64,000 bases of DNA. It comes from Podarcis melisellensis (Eukaryota). The position numbers were made by a program, and so were the translations under genes. The DNA is taken from the NCBI GenBank assembly GCA_964234715.1, contig OZ174290.1. The stretch is one strand, 5' to 3'. The notes beneath the pieces are model-generated. The model did not search any database and was not told the DNA's origin. It worked only from the letters and a program-made list of their open reading frames with translations. Of the stretch, positions 25,005-37,195 are shown in pieces (position 1 is the stretch's first letter; every line of letters starts with the position of its first letter).

Positions 25005-25320
25005 TGTAGGATGTAGAGGATTGCTAATCTACAGCACAAAGGTAAAATTCACACCTGAGCCTCTAGCCCTTCCAGCTATTAGCATGTAGCCCCTGAAAGT
25101 TTGCCCAGAAGGGACTGTGCCCCCTCCCCCGGTTGAAAAAAATAATCCTCTACCCCTGGCCTATGGCTCAAAAGGCTCCCCAAACACCTTTGCCCTGAAA
25201 GGATTCCCCCACTGGACTACTTGTTCTTTTTCACTCATGCTAACACCCTCAAACACAAATCTGCCTAGTGGGGCCCTGCCAATGTCTTCACCCGGTCCCT
25301 CCTTCCCCAGTTGGTGATAC

Positions 25321-25471
25321 CAAAGCCGTTGGCGGAAAGTTTGGTGCTGTTTCTGTTCTCAATGTCCGGCTGACTCTGGGCTGGTGCCTCGCCGTCCTCC
25401 TCAAACACGGGGTTGGAGAATTCTGTTAGCAAGAACCGCGGCAAAGGTGGAGCCAGGGGGCTGGCATTTTC
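25321..25471 (-). CDS. MFRP: MFRP exon 2 (cytoplasmic, FSNPVF); boundaries uncertain
   Basis: ENASPLAPPLPRFLLTEFSNPVFEEDGEAPAQSQPDIENRNSTKLSANGF (human TEFCNPAFE). Acceptor ttcccccag|G. Donor at 25321 (phase 1) or 25292 (phase 0). Confidence 0.75.
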
Positions 25472-26026
25472 CTGGGGGAAAGCAAGCACCAGTGAGATGT
25501 ACATATATATTGCTGCAAGCCACACCCCAATCTGCAAGCGGAGGGAGAGAAAAGGATGACGTCCTTCCTTCTTGCCTTCTTCTAAGATCCCAATAATGAT
25601 CAGATGCCCCCATCTAATTTTTAAAAAACAAACAAACACCTGCACAGTTAAAAGCAAAGACAAAGACATCATCTCCAACTTGGCCCTCAATTGCTTTTCT
25701 TCTACCTGCATTCACCTAAGACACCTCTAGTAGTGAGCGGTAGAGCAAAGAAGAACAATAAGATGATTTTGTGAGGCCTAGATTACACAGCGCCTTACTT
25801 AGGAACATAGAAAGATGCCTTTACTATTGAGTGAGACTACTGGCCCATTGAGTTCAGTCTACTGTGAGTGGCAGTGCCTCTCTGCTGTTTCATGCAGGTG
25901 TTTTTTCCAGTCCTACCTGGAGGCATTGAGGATGGCATCTAAGACCTTTTGCATGCTCTACCACTGAGCTGCCGCAGGGTATGGGGCCCCCTCATCTTCA
26001 CTATGCCAGCTTCTTTAACTTGGTAT

Positions 26027-26264
26027 AGAAGAAGAAGAGTTTGGATTTGATATCCTGCTTTATCACTACTCAAAGGAGTCTCAAAGCAGCTAACAATCTC
26101 CTTTCTCCTCCTCCCCCACAACAAACACTCTGTGAGGTGAGTGGGGCTGAGAGACTTCAGAGAAGTGTGACTGGCCCAAGGTGCATGTGGAGGAGCGGAG
26201 ACGCGAACCCGGTTCACCAGATTACGAGTCCACCGCTCTTAACCACTACACCACACTGGCTCTC
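26027..26264 (-). mobile_element. Squam3-like SINE
   Basis: Reverse complement of 13961-14213 with a small internal deletion. Confidence 0.8.
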
Positions 26265-26839
26265 ATAGCCCAAGGGTGAGCTGACTTATATGATCCAGGT
26301 GCTTCAAGGCTGTGTTTGTGGTGGGGCTTAATACTGTAAACCAGCCTTTCTCAACCTGTGGGTACCCAGATATTGTTGAACTACAACTCCCATCACCCCT
26401 AGTTAGCAGGGCCAGAGCTCAGGGATGATGGGAGTTGTAGTCCAACAACATCTGGGGACCCACAGGTTGAGAACCACTGCAACACAGTTCATGCAGGTAT
26501 CACAAACAGGATGTTGACAACAGGTTTTTCCATTTATCAGATCTCACCCGGAGAGGGTAAATCTGGATTAAATTGGGGCCAGAATAGAGGCTGACATTTT
26601 GATGCCAAATGTGTTGTGCAGGTACTGCAAAAATAAAAATAAAATAAAAATGGCAGAGGTGAGGAGCATCTTTTCCATAATAAACACCTGTCTGAAAGGC
26701 CCTCTATACTGTTTTGGCTCTAGAATCCAGCTATATGTCTGCATACTTAAAACACACACTTCTCCCTTTCTCAATAATTTTGGGGAAAGCAGTTTTTAAG
26801 GCTATTGGGTGGCAGACAGATGAATATGCTCTGCCACTG

Positions 26840-28563
26840 TCATATTAGAATGCCTGTCTTAATTTCTGTTCAACCAGTTCAGATCCTCTGTTGCAACCCT
26901 CTGGTTGCATTATAAGTGGCCCCTCATTGGTAATAAAAGTCTTTGTCCTTCAACCCATCAATGTCTGTGGTGCTGGACTTCTATTCAAACCTTGTGAAGG
27001 TTATTTCCGGTGGTCCAGGATAGCTAGATTTGCATCAGCCCCTGCTTTTCTGGCTTTGGTCAAAATTATCTTAGCTATTTTGATGGCTGATTCAGCTTTC
27101 CCCTTGCTCTGGGCATAGGCAGGTGAAGATGTCAGATGATCAAATTCCTGCTGCTTTTGGAATGCCCTGAAATGTCCCAAGACAAACTGGGTTCCATTCC
27201 CAAAAATCTTTGGACTCAACACCCATAGGTCTTGGTATCATCCAGATTGCTTCTACTTTTGCTGGGTCCGCTTTCTGACCCTCTGCTGTCAACTGGTGGC
27301 CAATAAAAGGCTCTTCCTTTAGTCCTAACCTGACTTTATCAGGGTTTGGTTTCATATTTCTATCTCTGCACCTCTCCAAAAAACATGCTTAACTTTTTTG
27401 TCATGATTTTTTGTCGCCGCCTTTCCACTATCTCCTTATCCCACAATTAATATGTCATCAGCAATTATTTTCAGGCTCCTGATTCAGTCGACACAGAAAG
27501 AGTTCAGGGGCGAAGTTGATGCCCATTGGCATTCACAGCCAACGATATATGCCAAAAGGAGTTGCCAAAGTGGTCAGATAGCTTGACTCTGTGTCAAGCT
27601 CTACACGCCAGAATCCATTTTTTACATCAAACACCGATAAAACCTTGGCTCGGGATAGGTCACATACTGCAGCATCAATCGCTGGTGGCGGGTAATGGCT
27701 GTGATTTAGGGGTCTGTTCAAAGGTTTAGGATTGATACAAATGCACAGCTTTCTTGAGGGTTTCCAGATAATAACTAGGCTGCTGATCCATGCTTTATGT
27801 ACATCAAATTGAGGCTGCTACTCCATGGTCACTATTTGGGTGGGGGCTATGGCTTAGGGTGGGTGGGGAAGCCAGGGTCTACTGAGGCTGGGTCCTGGGT
27901 GCAGCTGGCATTTACAGCCAGGGAATAGGCTAGAGGGAATAAGTTTTCCCTCTGGTCCACTCCACCATACCGTGCCCCCGGACTCACCTACGATTGGCTG
28001 CAACCGGGGGCGAGCCCCAGAAGCCAACACAGCCAGTGGAGGAGGAAATGATGTCCTCTCCTGGCCACGCTGAAGTCAGAAAAGACCACCAGACACTGAC
28101 ACGGCTGTGCTGGACTGCAGCCACTGCTCCTCTCCAGCTGTCATTAAGTGGTCCTTATGCTTGTCTTTCTCTCTCTCCAAGGCAAGATCCCGATAGAATT
28201 CAAACTGTTCCCTCCAGCACCTCCATGCCTGGGCTAGATTAAATGCAATGAAATTCAGTGGTGCTGGAGGTTTCAGGCTTCTCCCCATGATCTAAAAATC
28301 CTTCCTTTTTTCTGTTTAATTTCTTTGCTGCTTCAACTGGGTTCTGTTTCTAAACCGCTGCCATCATGTTTCAATTGGCGTTGATTATTGTTAAGGATCA
28401 GGCAGGAGTATTACAAAACAAAGAACTTTATTTAAATAAGCTTTCTTTAATTCCAAACTCTCTCTGAGCCTCCTGCTCAATGCTGAATCACTGTCTCACC
28501 GAGTTTCTCGCCCGACTGCTGTCCTAATCCTCTTAATTAGTTCCACGTACATTGATAATGACA
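26840..28563 (-). mobile_element. Degenerate, internally deleted Ty3/Gypsy (Mag-like) LTR retrotransposon
   Basis: LTR TGT...ACA (28563-28367); PBS TGATGGCAGCGGT; gag start (LKPPAPLNF...NLAQAWRCWREQF); RT (FDVKNGFWRVEL...TPFGIYRW, IADDILIVG); integrase (SSPAYAQSKGKAESAIKIAK). Stops and frameshifts throughout. Confidence 0.85.
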
Positions 28564-29129
28564 GCAGTAGAAGACCCTGGTTGGATCACACCAAAGCCCA
28601 GCTAGTCCAAGGTCTTTGGTGAGAATCCTGGCATTAGGCAGTCATTGGCCACTGTCTGACTTCAGATGATGTAGTAGACAGAATGTCAAACTCAGATCAG
28701 GGCAGACCTGGGTTCGAATTCTTACTCAGCTATGTATCGTACTGGCAGCAGATCCTTGTTTATGTGTCCTTGGGGTTCAGGCCCACTGAGTTCAATGGGA
28801 CTTACTCCCAGGAAATTTGCACTTGTACTTAGGCTTGCAACCTGGGTGACTTCGGGATGGTTATTCCTACTTCATAGAGTTGTTGTGCTGCTAAAACAGG
28901 GCAAAGGGAGAAACTAGACACCCTTGATCTCTATGGAGGAAGGGCAGAGCAATTTTGTTTTAAAAAAATTGTAACTAAGAGTAAAGCAGCTGTAAATACT
29001 TAAACAAAAATGCGGCTCTGAGCATTTTTCTGTGTCTGATGCAAAACCAAAGTATAGCTCAGAATTTCCCTCCCAAAGTTTGGAATCTCTGGTTACAAAG
29101 CAAGCCAGTCTGGCCTTGTGAATAGAATA

Positions 29130-29349
29130 CAGTGGTACCTCGGGTTACATACGCTTCAGGTTACAGACTTTGCTAACCCAGAAATAGTACCTCGGGTTAA
29201 GAACTTTGCATCAGGATTAGAAATCGTGCTCCGGCGGCACGGCAGCAGCAGGAGGCCCCATTAGCTAAAGTGGTGCTTCAGTTAAGAACAGTTTCAAGTT
29301 AAGAACGGACCTCTGGAACGAATTAAGTACTTAACCTGAGGTACCACTG
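29130..29349. mobile_element. Tc1/mariner-type MITE, family A
   Basis: TIR CAGTGGTACCTC, TA TSD. Confidence 0.85.
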
Positions 29350-29952
29350 TACAGTTGGAGTGTGTTGATCATAAACTACACCTCCATCTCACTTGCTCTT
29401 CTTTGCTGGCAGATGTTCTTCAAACCGAGGGATTGTGGCTTTCATCAGGGAAGGAACGCACTGGATCCCTTCCTGCATACTTTCACAATGTGATAATTGG
29501 GTTTATTTTGGGGAATCGGAATGAGAGCAAGCGCTTTTACATAAGCCTAGCCCATAAGGAATAATAATGATGCTATATCAGCTATATCCACAGGCACAAT
29601 CCCCTCCAACCAGTAACAGCACTTGTACGTCAGATTTCTGAGTTGTTCAAAGAACTAAGCCTCCATGATCTCAGTGGTCCTTACAACCGCTTTGCAAGGA
29701 GGGTCAGTATTGGCACAATCATGTCACAGGTCGGGGGGGGGGGACTGAGGCTGCGAAACCATGAACGGAGGTATAAACTAGGCTCTTTCCAGTCCACTTT
29801 TAGGAGCTATGCTAGTCTGGCATATGCTAGTGGGTACACCAGCCTACTTGTGTGCATAATAGGAATGGGTGAGTCTGTCAATTTAATCTTATCTTGGTTT
29901 CTCATTTATCCAATCTTAAATTCAGCTCTTCACATTTCCACATCAGTTGGCA

Positions 29953-29953
<1 letters not shown>

Positions 29954-30000
<47 letters not shown>
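29954..30000. repeat. (TCTA)n microsatellite
   Basis: About 11 units. Confidence 0.95.
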
Positions 30001-30001
<1 letters not shown>

Positions 30002-31191
30002 ACACACACCGTATATATAGAAAAGACCTTATTAAAGTTAATCAGCATTTCAGTGCAATTTTCTTCTAATATATAAATTTTTGCATGCAATTTTGCTTAA
30101 TATACACATTTATGCAGAACAATCTTAACACAATGCATTTTTGTATGTTAATTTCATAAATATATGCATTTCTATGCACACTTTACTCCAATATATGTCT
30201 TTTTGTATGCATTACTTGGCTGGAGAACTGCACTGCAAAATTCGGAGAAGTACAAATTTCAAAGGATGACTGTGTTTCAGTTGTGCATTAGGCAGGTTTG
30301 TTTTAAATGCAAACTGAATCAAATTTATCCCTATCCCTAAGTATAATGCAATGAGTAATGTCCTCGCTCCAATAAATTGTTATGATCCCACTGAATTCCA
30401 AAAGGCTTTAAACTCCCTTTAAATTGCCTACCCCGCAACTCCTGAGAATGCATAATTAGGAAATTTATTTGTTAATTAGTTCACAATATCTATATACTGC
30501 TTGATTGTAACCAATCCTCAAAACAGTTTATAAAAATACACTAAAATTATCAGAGAAAAGAAGTCAAAAACAACTACTTAAAATATCCAAACAATAATTA
30601 AAATCAAGTTATGAGCTACAAACCAGATTAAAGCATGTGCCAACATTCTATGCATCTGGACAGACTTGCTTAAACAAAAAATGGTTTTAGTAGGTTCCCA
30701 AAGGCATACAGTGAAGGCGCCTGCCTGATGTCAATAGGGAGGGAGTTCCAAAGTGTGGGCGCTGCCCCAATAGAAGACTGATTTCTTAACCAATGCAGAA
30801 TGAGCATTACAAGGCACCTGTAACAGAACCAGTTATGCAGATCGAAGTGTTCAAGTAAACTGATTCCAAGCTGTTAAGGTGAGTCATATGAGCATAGGAG
30901 TCCCTGTTGGACCAGACCAACGGCCTGTCTAGTCCAAAATCCTGTTTTCTGGAGTGTCCAACCAGATATTTCTGGGAAGCCCAGTGTGGGAAGGCTGAGT
31001 GGGAAACCAGAGCCCGCTTCCTACTATTATTTCCCAGCAACTGGTGCACAGTCTTCCAAATATCTTTAACCTATTTCCTCTAATATTTCACAGACCTAAA
31101 TAGGGATGTACTTGTTAACTTCCCAATTCACTTGCAGCTAGACCATTTTGTACCCTGGACTTACTGGTTTCATGCCCCTCACCCTTTAGAT

Positions 31192-31328
31192 CAGAGTTCC
31201 CCAAACTTGGGTCTCCAGCTGTTTTTGGACTACAATTCCCATCATCCCCTGGTCACTGGTCCTGCTAGCTAGGGATGATGGGAGTTGTAGTCCAAAAACA
31301 GCTGGAGAACCAGGTTTGGGAAACCCTG
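31192..31328. mobile_element. Palindromic hAT-type MITE
   Basis: 8-bp TSD ctttagat on both sides. Confidence 0.8.
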
Positions 31329-32177
31329 CTTTAGATGGTCAGGTGTGTTACTTCAGTTGGAAAATACACATTTAACATGTATCTTTTCCCGCCACTTCCC
31401 ACATTCATGTTTCACATCTGCAGGGTTAGCCAACGTGGTGCCCTCCAGATATTGTTGGACCTCCATTTACATCCGTACAGCCAGCAGGGCCATTGATCGG
31501 GGTAATGGGAGATGTCACGCAACAGTATCTGCAGCCATCGTGTTGGTTATCCCTGTGTTAGAGAAACACACACACCCCCTCCAACAAGCATGAGTTTGCC
31601 AACCCTGATACTGATAATTAAAAATACACTTGATTCATCTACATCTTGCACAGATTCAAAAGCACAAAGGGGATTTGCTTTTGATCTAAAGATCTAGAAA
31701 ATAACAAGAACAAGTGAGAACAAGAACACAGAAAAATATAGTGGGTTTTTTTACTAGGCACAGAGACCAACTCTGTATACCTGAGGGAGCGTCTCTACCC
31801 CCATCATTCAGCCTGGACACTGAGATCCAGCTCCGAGGGCCTTTTGGTAGTTCCCATGTTGCGAAAAGTGAAGTTACAGGGAACCAGGTAGAGGGCCTTC
31901 TCGGTAGTGGCACCCACCCTGTGGAATGCCCTTGCATCAGATGTCAAGGAGATAAAGAACTATACAACTTTTAGAAGACCTCTAAAAGGGAGGTTTTTAA
32001 TGTTTGAGAGTTTTTGTGTTTTAATATATTGCTGCCCAGAGCAGCTGGGGCACCCTAGTCGGCCACCCTAGTGGCAAAAAATTATATATATATGGGTGAT
32101 GTCCTTGGTAAATAAGACCTATTGGTGTCATTGGCAGTTCCCATAACAGTGATGCCCTGACCTCCCTTTGTACATAC

Positions 32178-32231
32178 CTTGCTCTGATCCAGAGCTTCCG
32201 GCTGGAAGATGGCCTCTGTGTAGTCCTTCAT
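32178..32231 (-). CDS. MFRP: MFRP exon 1
   Basis: MKDYTEAIFQPEALDQSK (human MKDFSDVILCMEATESSK, also 18 aa); accATG; AAG|gtatgt. Confidence 0.88.
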
Positions 32232-32640
32232 GGTTGTGGGAGAAGGCGTGGGGAACGTGGACAGGATCCCTGCCCGTCCTAGGCTGCTGCATCCCCCGAC
32301 CTCTTGCGGCATCCGGTTCGTGGCTGCACACCAGCTCCCCTTATTTTGGCCTTCTGATATTCACCACATTGGCAAGGAGAAGACAGCAGTGAGGGCTCCC
32401 TTCCAGGACCACAGTGGGGACTGTCCCGAAGCCTTTATTTTTTCTAACACAGAGAGCCTGACTGGGCACTTGAACCAACGGCGCTTGTCGTAGCCTCCAC
32501 CACCAGCAAAGACCATTGGCTTCCTGGCAGGCAGGCTCATGGGACAAGAGGCCTGCCAGCTCCTGGGAAGTGAAAGAATTTACAAGCATTAAAGTCACCA
32601 ACCTCCCCCCCCCCGCCCCCCCACTTCTTAATCCAACTCA
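32232..32640 (-). promoter_or_regulatory. MFRP: MFRP 5' UTR and proximal promoter
   Basis: Upstream of the ATG: AT-rich AAAATAA (32341-32347), GC box CCCCGCCCC (32611-32619), OTX/CRX motif TAATCC (32629-32634). Confidence 0.5.
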
Positions 32641-34524
32641 GCTGAGGAGGACGAGGTCAGAGGCCCTGGCATGGACAACTGCAGTTTTAAAGGCACAGGA
32701 TTGCCAAACTCTTTCTCTCTGTCCAAGGCAGCCTGGAACTGAACAGCGAGAGTCTGAAAGGGTCACTACCCAAAAGCAGACTCTCTCGCTTTCCAAAACA
32801 GCAGCTGTGTTAAAAGTGGCAGCGGTTGTGCTCCGTTCCAGAAGCAGTTGCATCTTGCCATGTACGTTACGGGTGCAAGACACAAGCACAGTTATTGAAG
32901 CAGCTGTCTGCTGAGTGCCAGCAGAAAGGACTGAGCACTGGCATCTTTCTCCTGCTGTTCAGAGGTCTCCACTTTTATTTCCCCCACCGTCTTACGCCTT
33001 GGCATCCTGCCTTGCAGTGACCTCTGCAAAGTCTTTTCCAAAACAGCAAAGCCAGAGAGCAACCACTCTGAGCATGCAGTGCTCATTCCCAGCACACTTC
33101 CCCCTGGAGATGTCTATCCTCTATCACAGGAATAGACAGAAGATCAGGATCTGCTGGAAGATCTTTGGGTGACTTGTAGAAGATGGACTTCCAGTTCTTT
33201 AACAGCAATGACAACTTGATTTTTGCCACCTAAATTTGTCTACCGGAAGCAAGGAAGACGAAGAGTGGACTTGCAGATATCTCTCTCGCCTCTCCTATAC
33301 TCTCCCCAATAACGGCATTACAGCCGGCTTTTGTGGAGTCTCTAGGCCCATTGCTAAGTCGTGTACATTCCAGGACACTCTTAGCGCAAAATCTCTTTAC
33401 CCTGTTACTAAAGCAGAGGAGAAAGGGGGCATTGTTTGAGCGCCGGGTTGCTGGGGAGGCAAGGAGGGACTTGGGCCTCTCGTAGGCATTGGCAGCCAGA
33501 GAAGTGTGTTTTTTGAGGGATTACTCGGCAGCTTTTGTGGCACATTCCCCCCGCGGCCTTAAAAGCAGCCTTAGGGATCTTTCATAACATGGAAAGCGGC
33601 ACAGTGCGCCACTGAAAGAGATCAGCTGCGCTGCAGGAAAGAGAAGCAGCTCATGGTGGCTTGTGGAAGTGAGCCAAGCTACATTTAGCAAACACTATAC
33701 AATAGGGTGTCACCAATGTGGTGACTGTGGAGCCTGTGGCGCCCTCAACGTCTTCCCTTGGCACCCACACACCCTGCCCTCTGAGGTGTTGAGGGTAGTT
33801 AACTTTTTTCTCCACTAAAAAGGAGGAAGCTGGAAGCTCTTTCCCACTTGCCAATCTATGAGCTCTTCAAGGCTCAAGACTTATTTTGCTGGATCCAAGT
33901 TTTACCCAGACCCCCTGAAAAATCAAAATGTGTACATGCACATTTTCTCTTTTTGTCTGTTAGGAGAACAGGGACCTGACCAGGGGGAGGGAGAAGTGAC
34001 CAGACGAGGGTGGCACCTAGGGCACTGCGTCTATGGGCCTTAAAATGTTGGCAGCCGCTTCAATACAGCCTCCAGCTGGGTCATTGCCACTAGGTCTGGC
34101 TCAAGGAAAGGCAAGACAGCCCACGTCGGAGGTCAGATTTCAGGCTAAACTTGGACCTCATTTATTTATTTTTGGCCTTTTCTGTGTGCAATAAACATGA
34201 GAGCCCAGGACCCTGTGGATGATTGTGCTAGCTCTGCACTCCAGAGTAGCATCCACATCTCCTTACACAAGTTCGATAGAGGCTCCCCTCGCACTGCCCC
34301 CCCCCACGTGTTTACCTTATAGTTAGGTGACATGTTTAGAGAGCTATTATAGTATTACAGTCACCTTACTATATTTTTTATCAACACTGGGGGTGGGTTG
34401 CAATTTAGATTCTCTGTCTCAGGCTTCCAAATGTCTTTTAGCCATGCGTTCTACCGTCCTTACTTGGAAAATGAGCCAAATTTGCTTGCGTATGAATTCC
34501 AAACCGCATTTAAAAATATATATA

Positions 34525-34750
34525 CTGTGGTACCTCGGGTTACACACGCTTCAGGTTACAGACTCCGCCAACCCAGAAATAGTACCTCGGGTTAATAACT
34601 TTGCTTCAGGATAAGAACAGAAATCGTGCTCCAGCGGCACGGCAGCAGCAGGAGGCCCCATTAGCTAAAGTGGTGCTTCAGGTTAAGAACAGTTTCAGGT
34701 TAAGTACGGACCTCCGGAACGAATTAAGTACTTAACCCGAGGTACCACTG
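34525..34750. mobile_element. Tc1/mariner-type MITE, family A
   Basis: Near-identical to 29130-29349; TA TSD. Confidence 0.85.
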
Positions 34751-34914
34751 TATATGGAGAAATGTGCGCTTAAATGCTGATGGAGCTACATGTGGATTTC
34801 TTTTTAAAAAATCTGATGAAATGTAAAGAACTGAAGCTAAGGCAGAAAGAACAAGTATGCAAGATTCGTCCACCCCGAGTCACCCACGCGAACACAAACA
34901 TAAAGAATCCACGG

Positions 34915-37195
34915 AAGCGTTCATCAAGCTACAATTTTTATTTCTGTACAAGTCTCCCTTATGAGTCACAGGAAGTCCCTCCCCTATCATTGCTTACACA
35001 GTAAACAAGCCATTAAGTCAAACTGGGGGGGAAAAAGCACACACAAAACAACAAGAAAGTCATCCTCACACGAACCATTTACATCTTGCATTGCCCATCC
35101 AGCCCCCTCTCCACTTTGGGGCCTTAGCGTCAGCCATCTTGAAATGGAGTGAAAATTGCTACAAGGTTGTTTTTTAAAGAAAAAAAATTAAAAAAGGAGC
35201 TTCCCTTTGAATGTTATGTGGGGTGTGACTGTGTGCGATCCTGAGGGAGGACTTCATAGGAAAAAGGAAGGGTAAAGGGATTTTCAATGCTACAAGCCAT
35301 TTGTGGTTTGGCATGGCCAATAATTTCATTCGGTATGCCTGGTAAGGCATCTAATAGTCTGCCTGATTCAATATTGTGGGGTGGGGTGTTAGGTTTCCTC
35401 CTTACTTCCCTGACCAAGATTTGTTGCCTTTAAAGGCTCCATGATAGGAGAAACTAAAAATAAAGTGCAGGTCCAACACTCAGACACAACGAAGAGCACA
35501 CCCCACTGGATTTCCGCCTGTCGTGAAGCTGTTAAAAAAGCCCCTTTGGGTTCCTCTCATGTACATCATATGGGTTGAAACACCTGTGCATGTGTGTGTG
35601 CATGTTAGAGAAAGAGTGTGTGAGGAGATAATAAATAAAAGTTTAAATAAGGTTATTGACATCTGTCGGCTGACCAAAGGCTGTTATCCAGTCCTTTGCC
35701 TCCTTGTGAGAAACACATTGCTGGCAGAAGCCACTGCCCTCACGCAGCCTGTGCCGGGGGCTTGTTACCTCAGAAAACCAAAAAAACTTAAGCAACCGCG
35801 TTCCTGGAAACTCTGCACTAACTTCCCAAAGCATTTCTGAACAGGCCTCACTCTGACCCAGGACAGGAGAGAGGAGAGGGATACGCGTGTGTGTTTGCAC
35901 GTGGGCGTTTTGTGGAGGGGAACTGCAAAGAAAGCATTACACCTCACGCTCCTTCGAAAAGGGCGTTTGTTTGTTTTTTGTCCACATAAAAACACCTCAC
36001 GTTTCACCCGGAAGGTTTTAAGGCACTGTTGTGAGAACAGATAGGTAGGAATCTACCACCCATCGCCCTTTGCTGGAGGCCGTCAAATCCAGCTGGAAGT
36101 GCCCCTGGGTTTTATTAGGAAGAAAAGAAAGCTCGTTTCAAAATAAAACAAAAAACCGAACCAAGAAGCATCCCTCCAAACGAGAGCCGGGAGTGAAGGA
36201 AAAGTCACTTGAGGTCCTTGGTTACAGCAGGAAACCAACTCCCGTGCTCTGTGTGGGCTTGCGATGAGCTGCAGAGCTGCCCTCTGTGGTGAGCTTGCGT
36301 GGCATGAGCGCACAGTCCTAGGCAGCAGGCATCTCAAGTGGTTAGCCAGTCATTTTGTTCACAGCTTTGGAAGAACGGCCTCCTTTGCCTCACACCTCCA
36401 ACAGGGTAGACAATACGATGCCAGGAGGTGGGCGGGTGCAGAAACGCCAAGGCTGGGTTCCATAACCGTAGTGCAATTAAACAGTTCCCCGAGGTGCAAT
36501 GCCCGTCTCCGGGTGGCGCCGTTCCACGGGGAGGAGAGGAAACAGGGCCGCCTCATTCCGTTGCCCAAGTCCAGAGCTCGAGATCCCTTCTCACCACACT
36601 TTTGAACCCGGCGAAGGAGGTGCAAGCCGTGGGGGTTGTGTGGATAAAACGGGACAGACAGATTCCTGCCCCATCAAGAGCTGCTGTTCACGGTTTATTA
36701 TTAAAGCGGGGAAAGGTGGAAATGAAAGAGAGAATCACACACACGGGAAAGGGAGATAGAGAGGCAGGAAGAGAGGGGGAAAAGGAAAACGTTAAAAACC
36801 ACCCCTGACAACACTAGGGGAGTGATGGAGCTGTGGGGTGCCCCTGGCCCTCCATTTCCGGCGTTCTCTCCCCGGCGTCCGTGAGGCTGAAGGGCACGCT
36901 ACTCTTCGATGACAGCCCCGGAGCAGGAGAAAGGCCTTTCCGTAAAAGTCGGCAGCTTTAGTCAATGCTTTATTAGGACTTTCTTTCTCCCCCTTTTTGT
37001 TTGGTTTTGGGTTTTTTTTTTAAGAAAAAAACAACAAAAAAACACCCCGGCTTAAAAAAATCCCTGGAGTCACCATTGTCCTGGGTTCTGTCCCTCCCTC
37101 CTTTTTTCCTTTTCTTTTTTTGCATCAGAGAGCTGGTGCTCGGCTCTCTTCCTTTTTTCCTCAAGGGTTTGTGGTGGGGGGAGGGCATGTGGAAG
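34915..37195 (-). other. USP2: USP2 3' UTR (approximate distal end)
   Basis: Stretch downstream of the stop codon with no TE that I could recognise. It has several AATAAA hexamers and ends at a well-formed distal poly(A) signal. Confidence 0.6.
34937..34942 (-). terminator. Likely distal USP2 polyadenylation signal
   Basis: Minus strand reads TGTAcagAAATAAAaattgtagc, then a GU-rich tract (ctttatgtttgtgttcgcgtgg). Confidence 0.6.
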
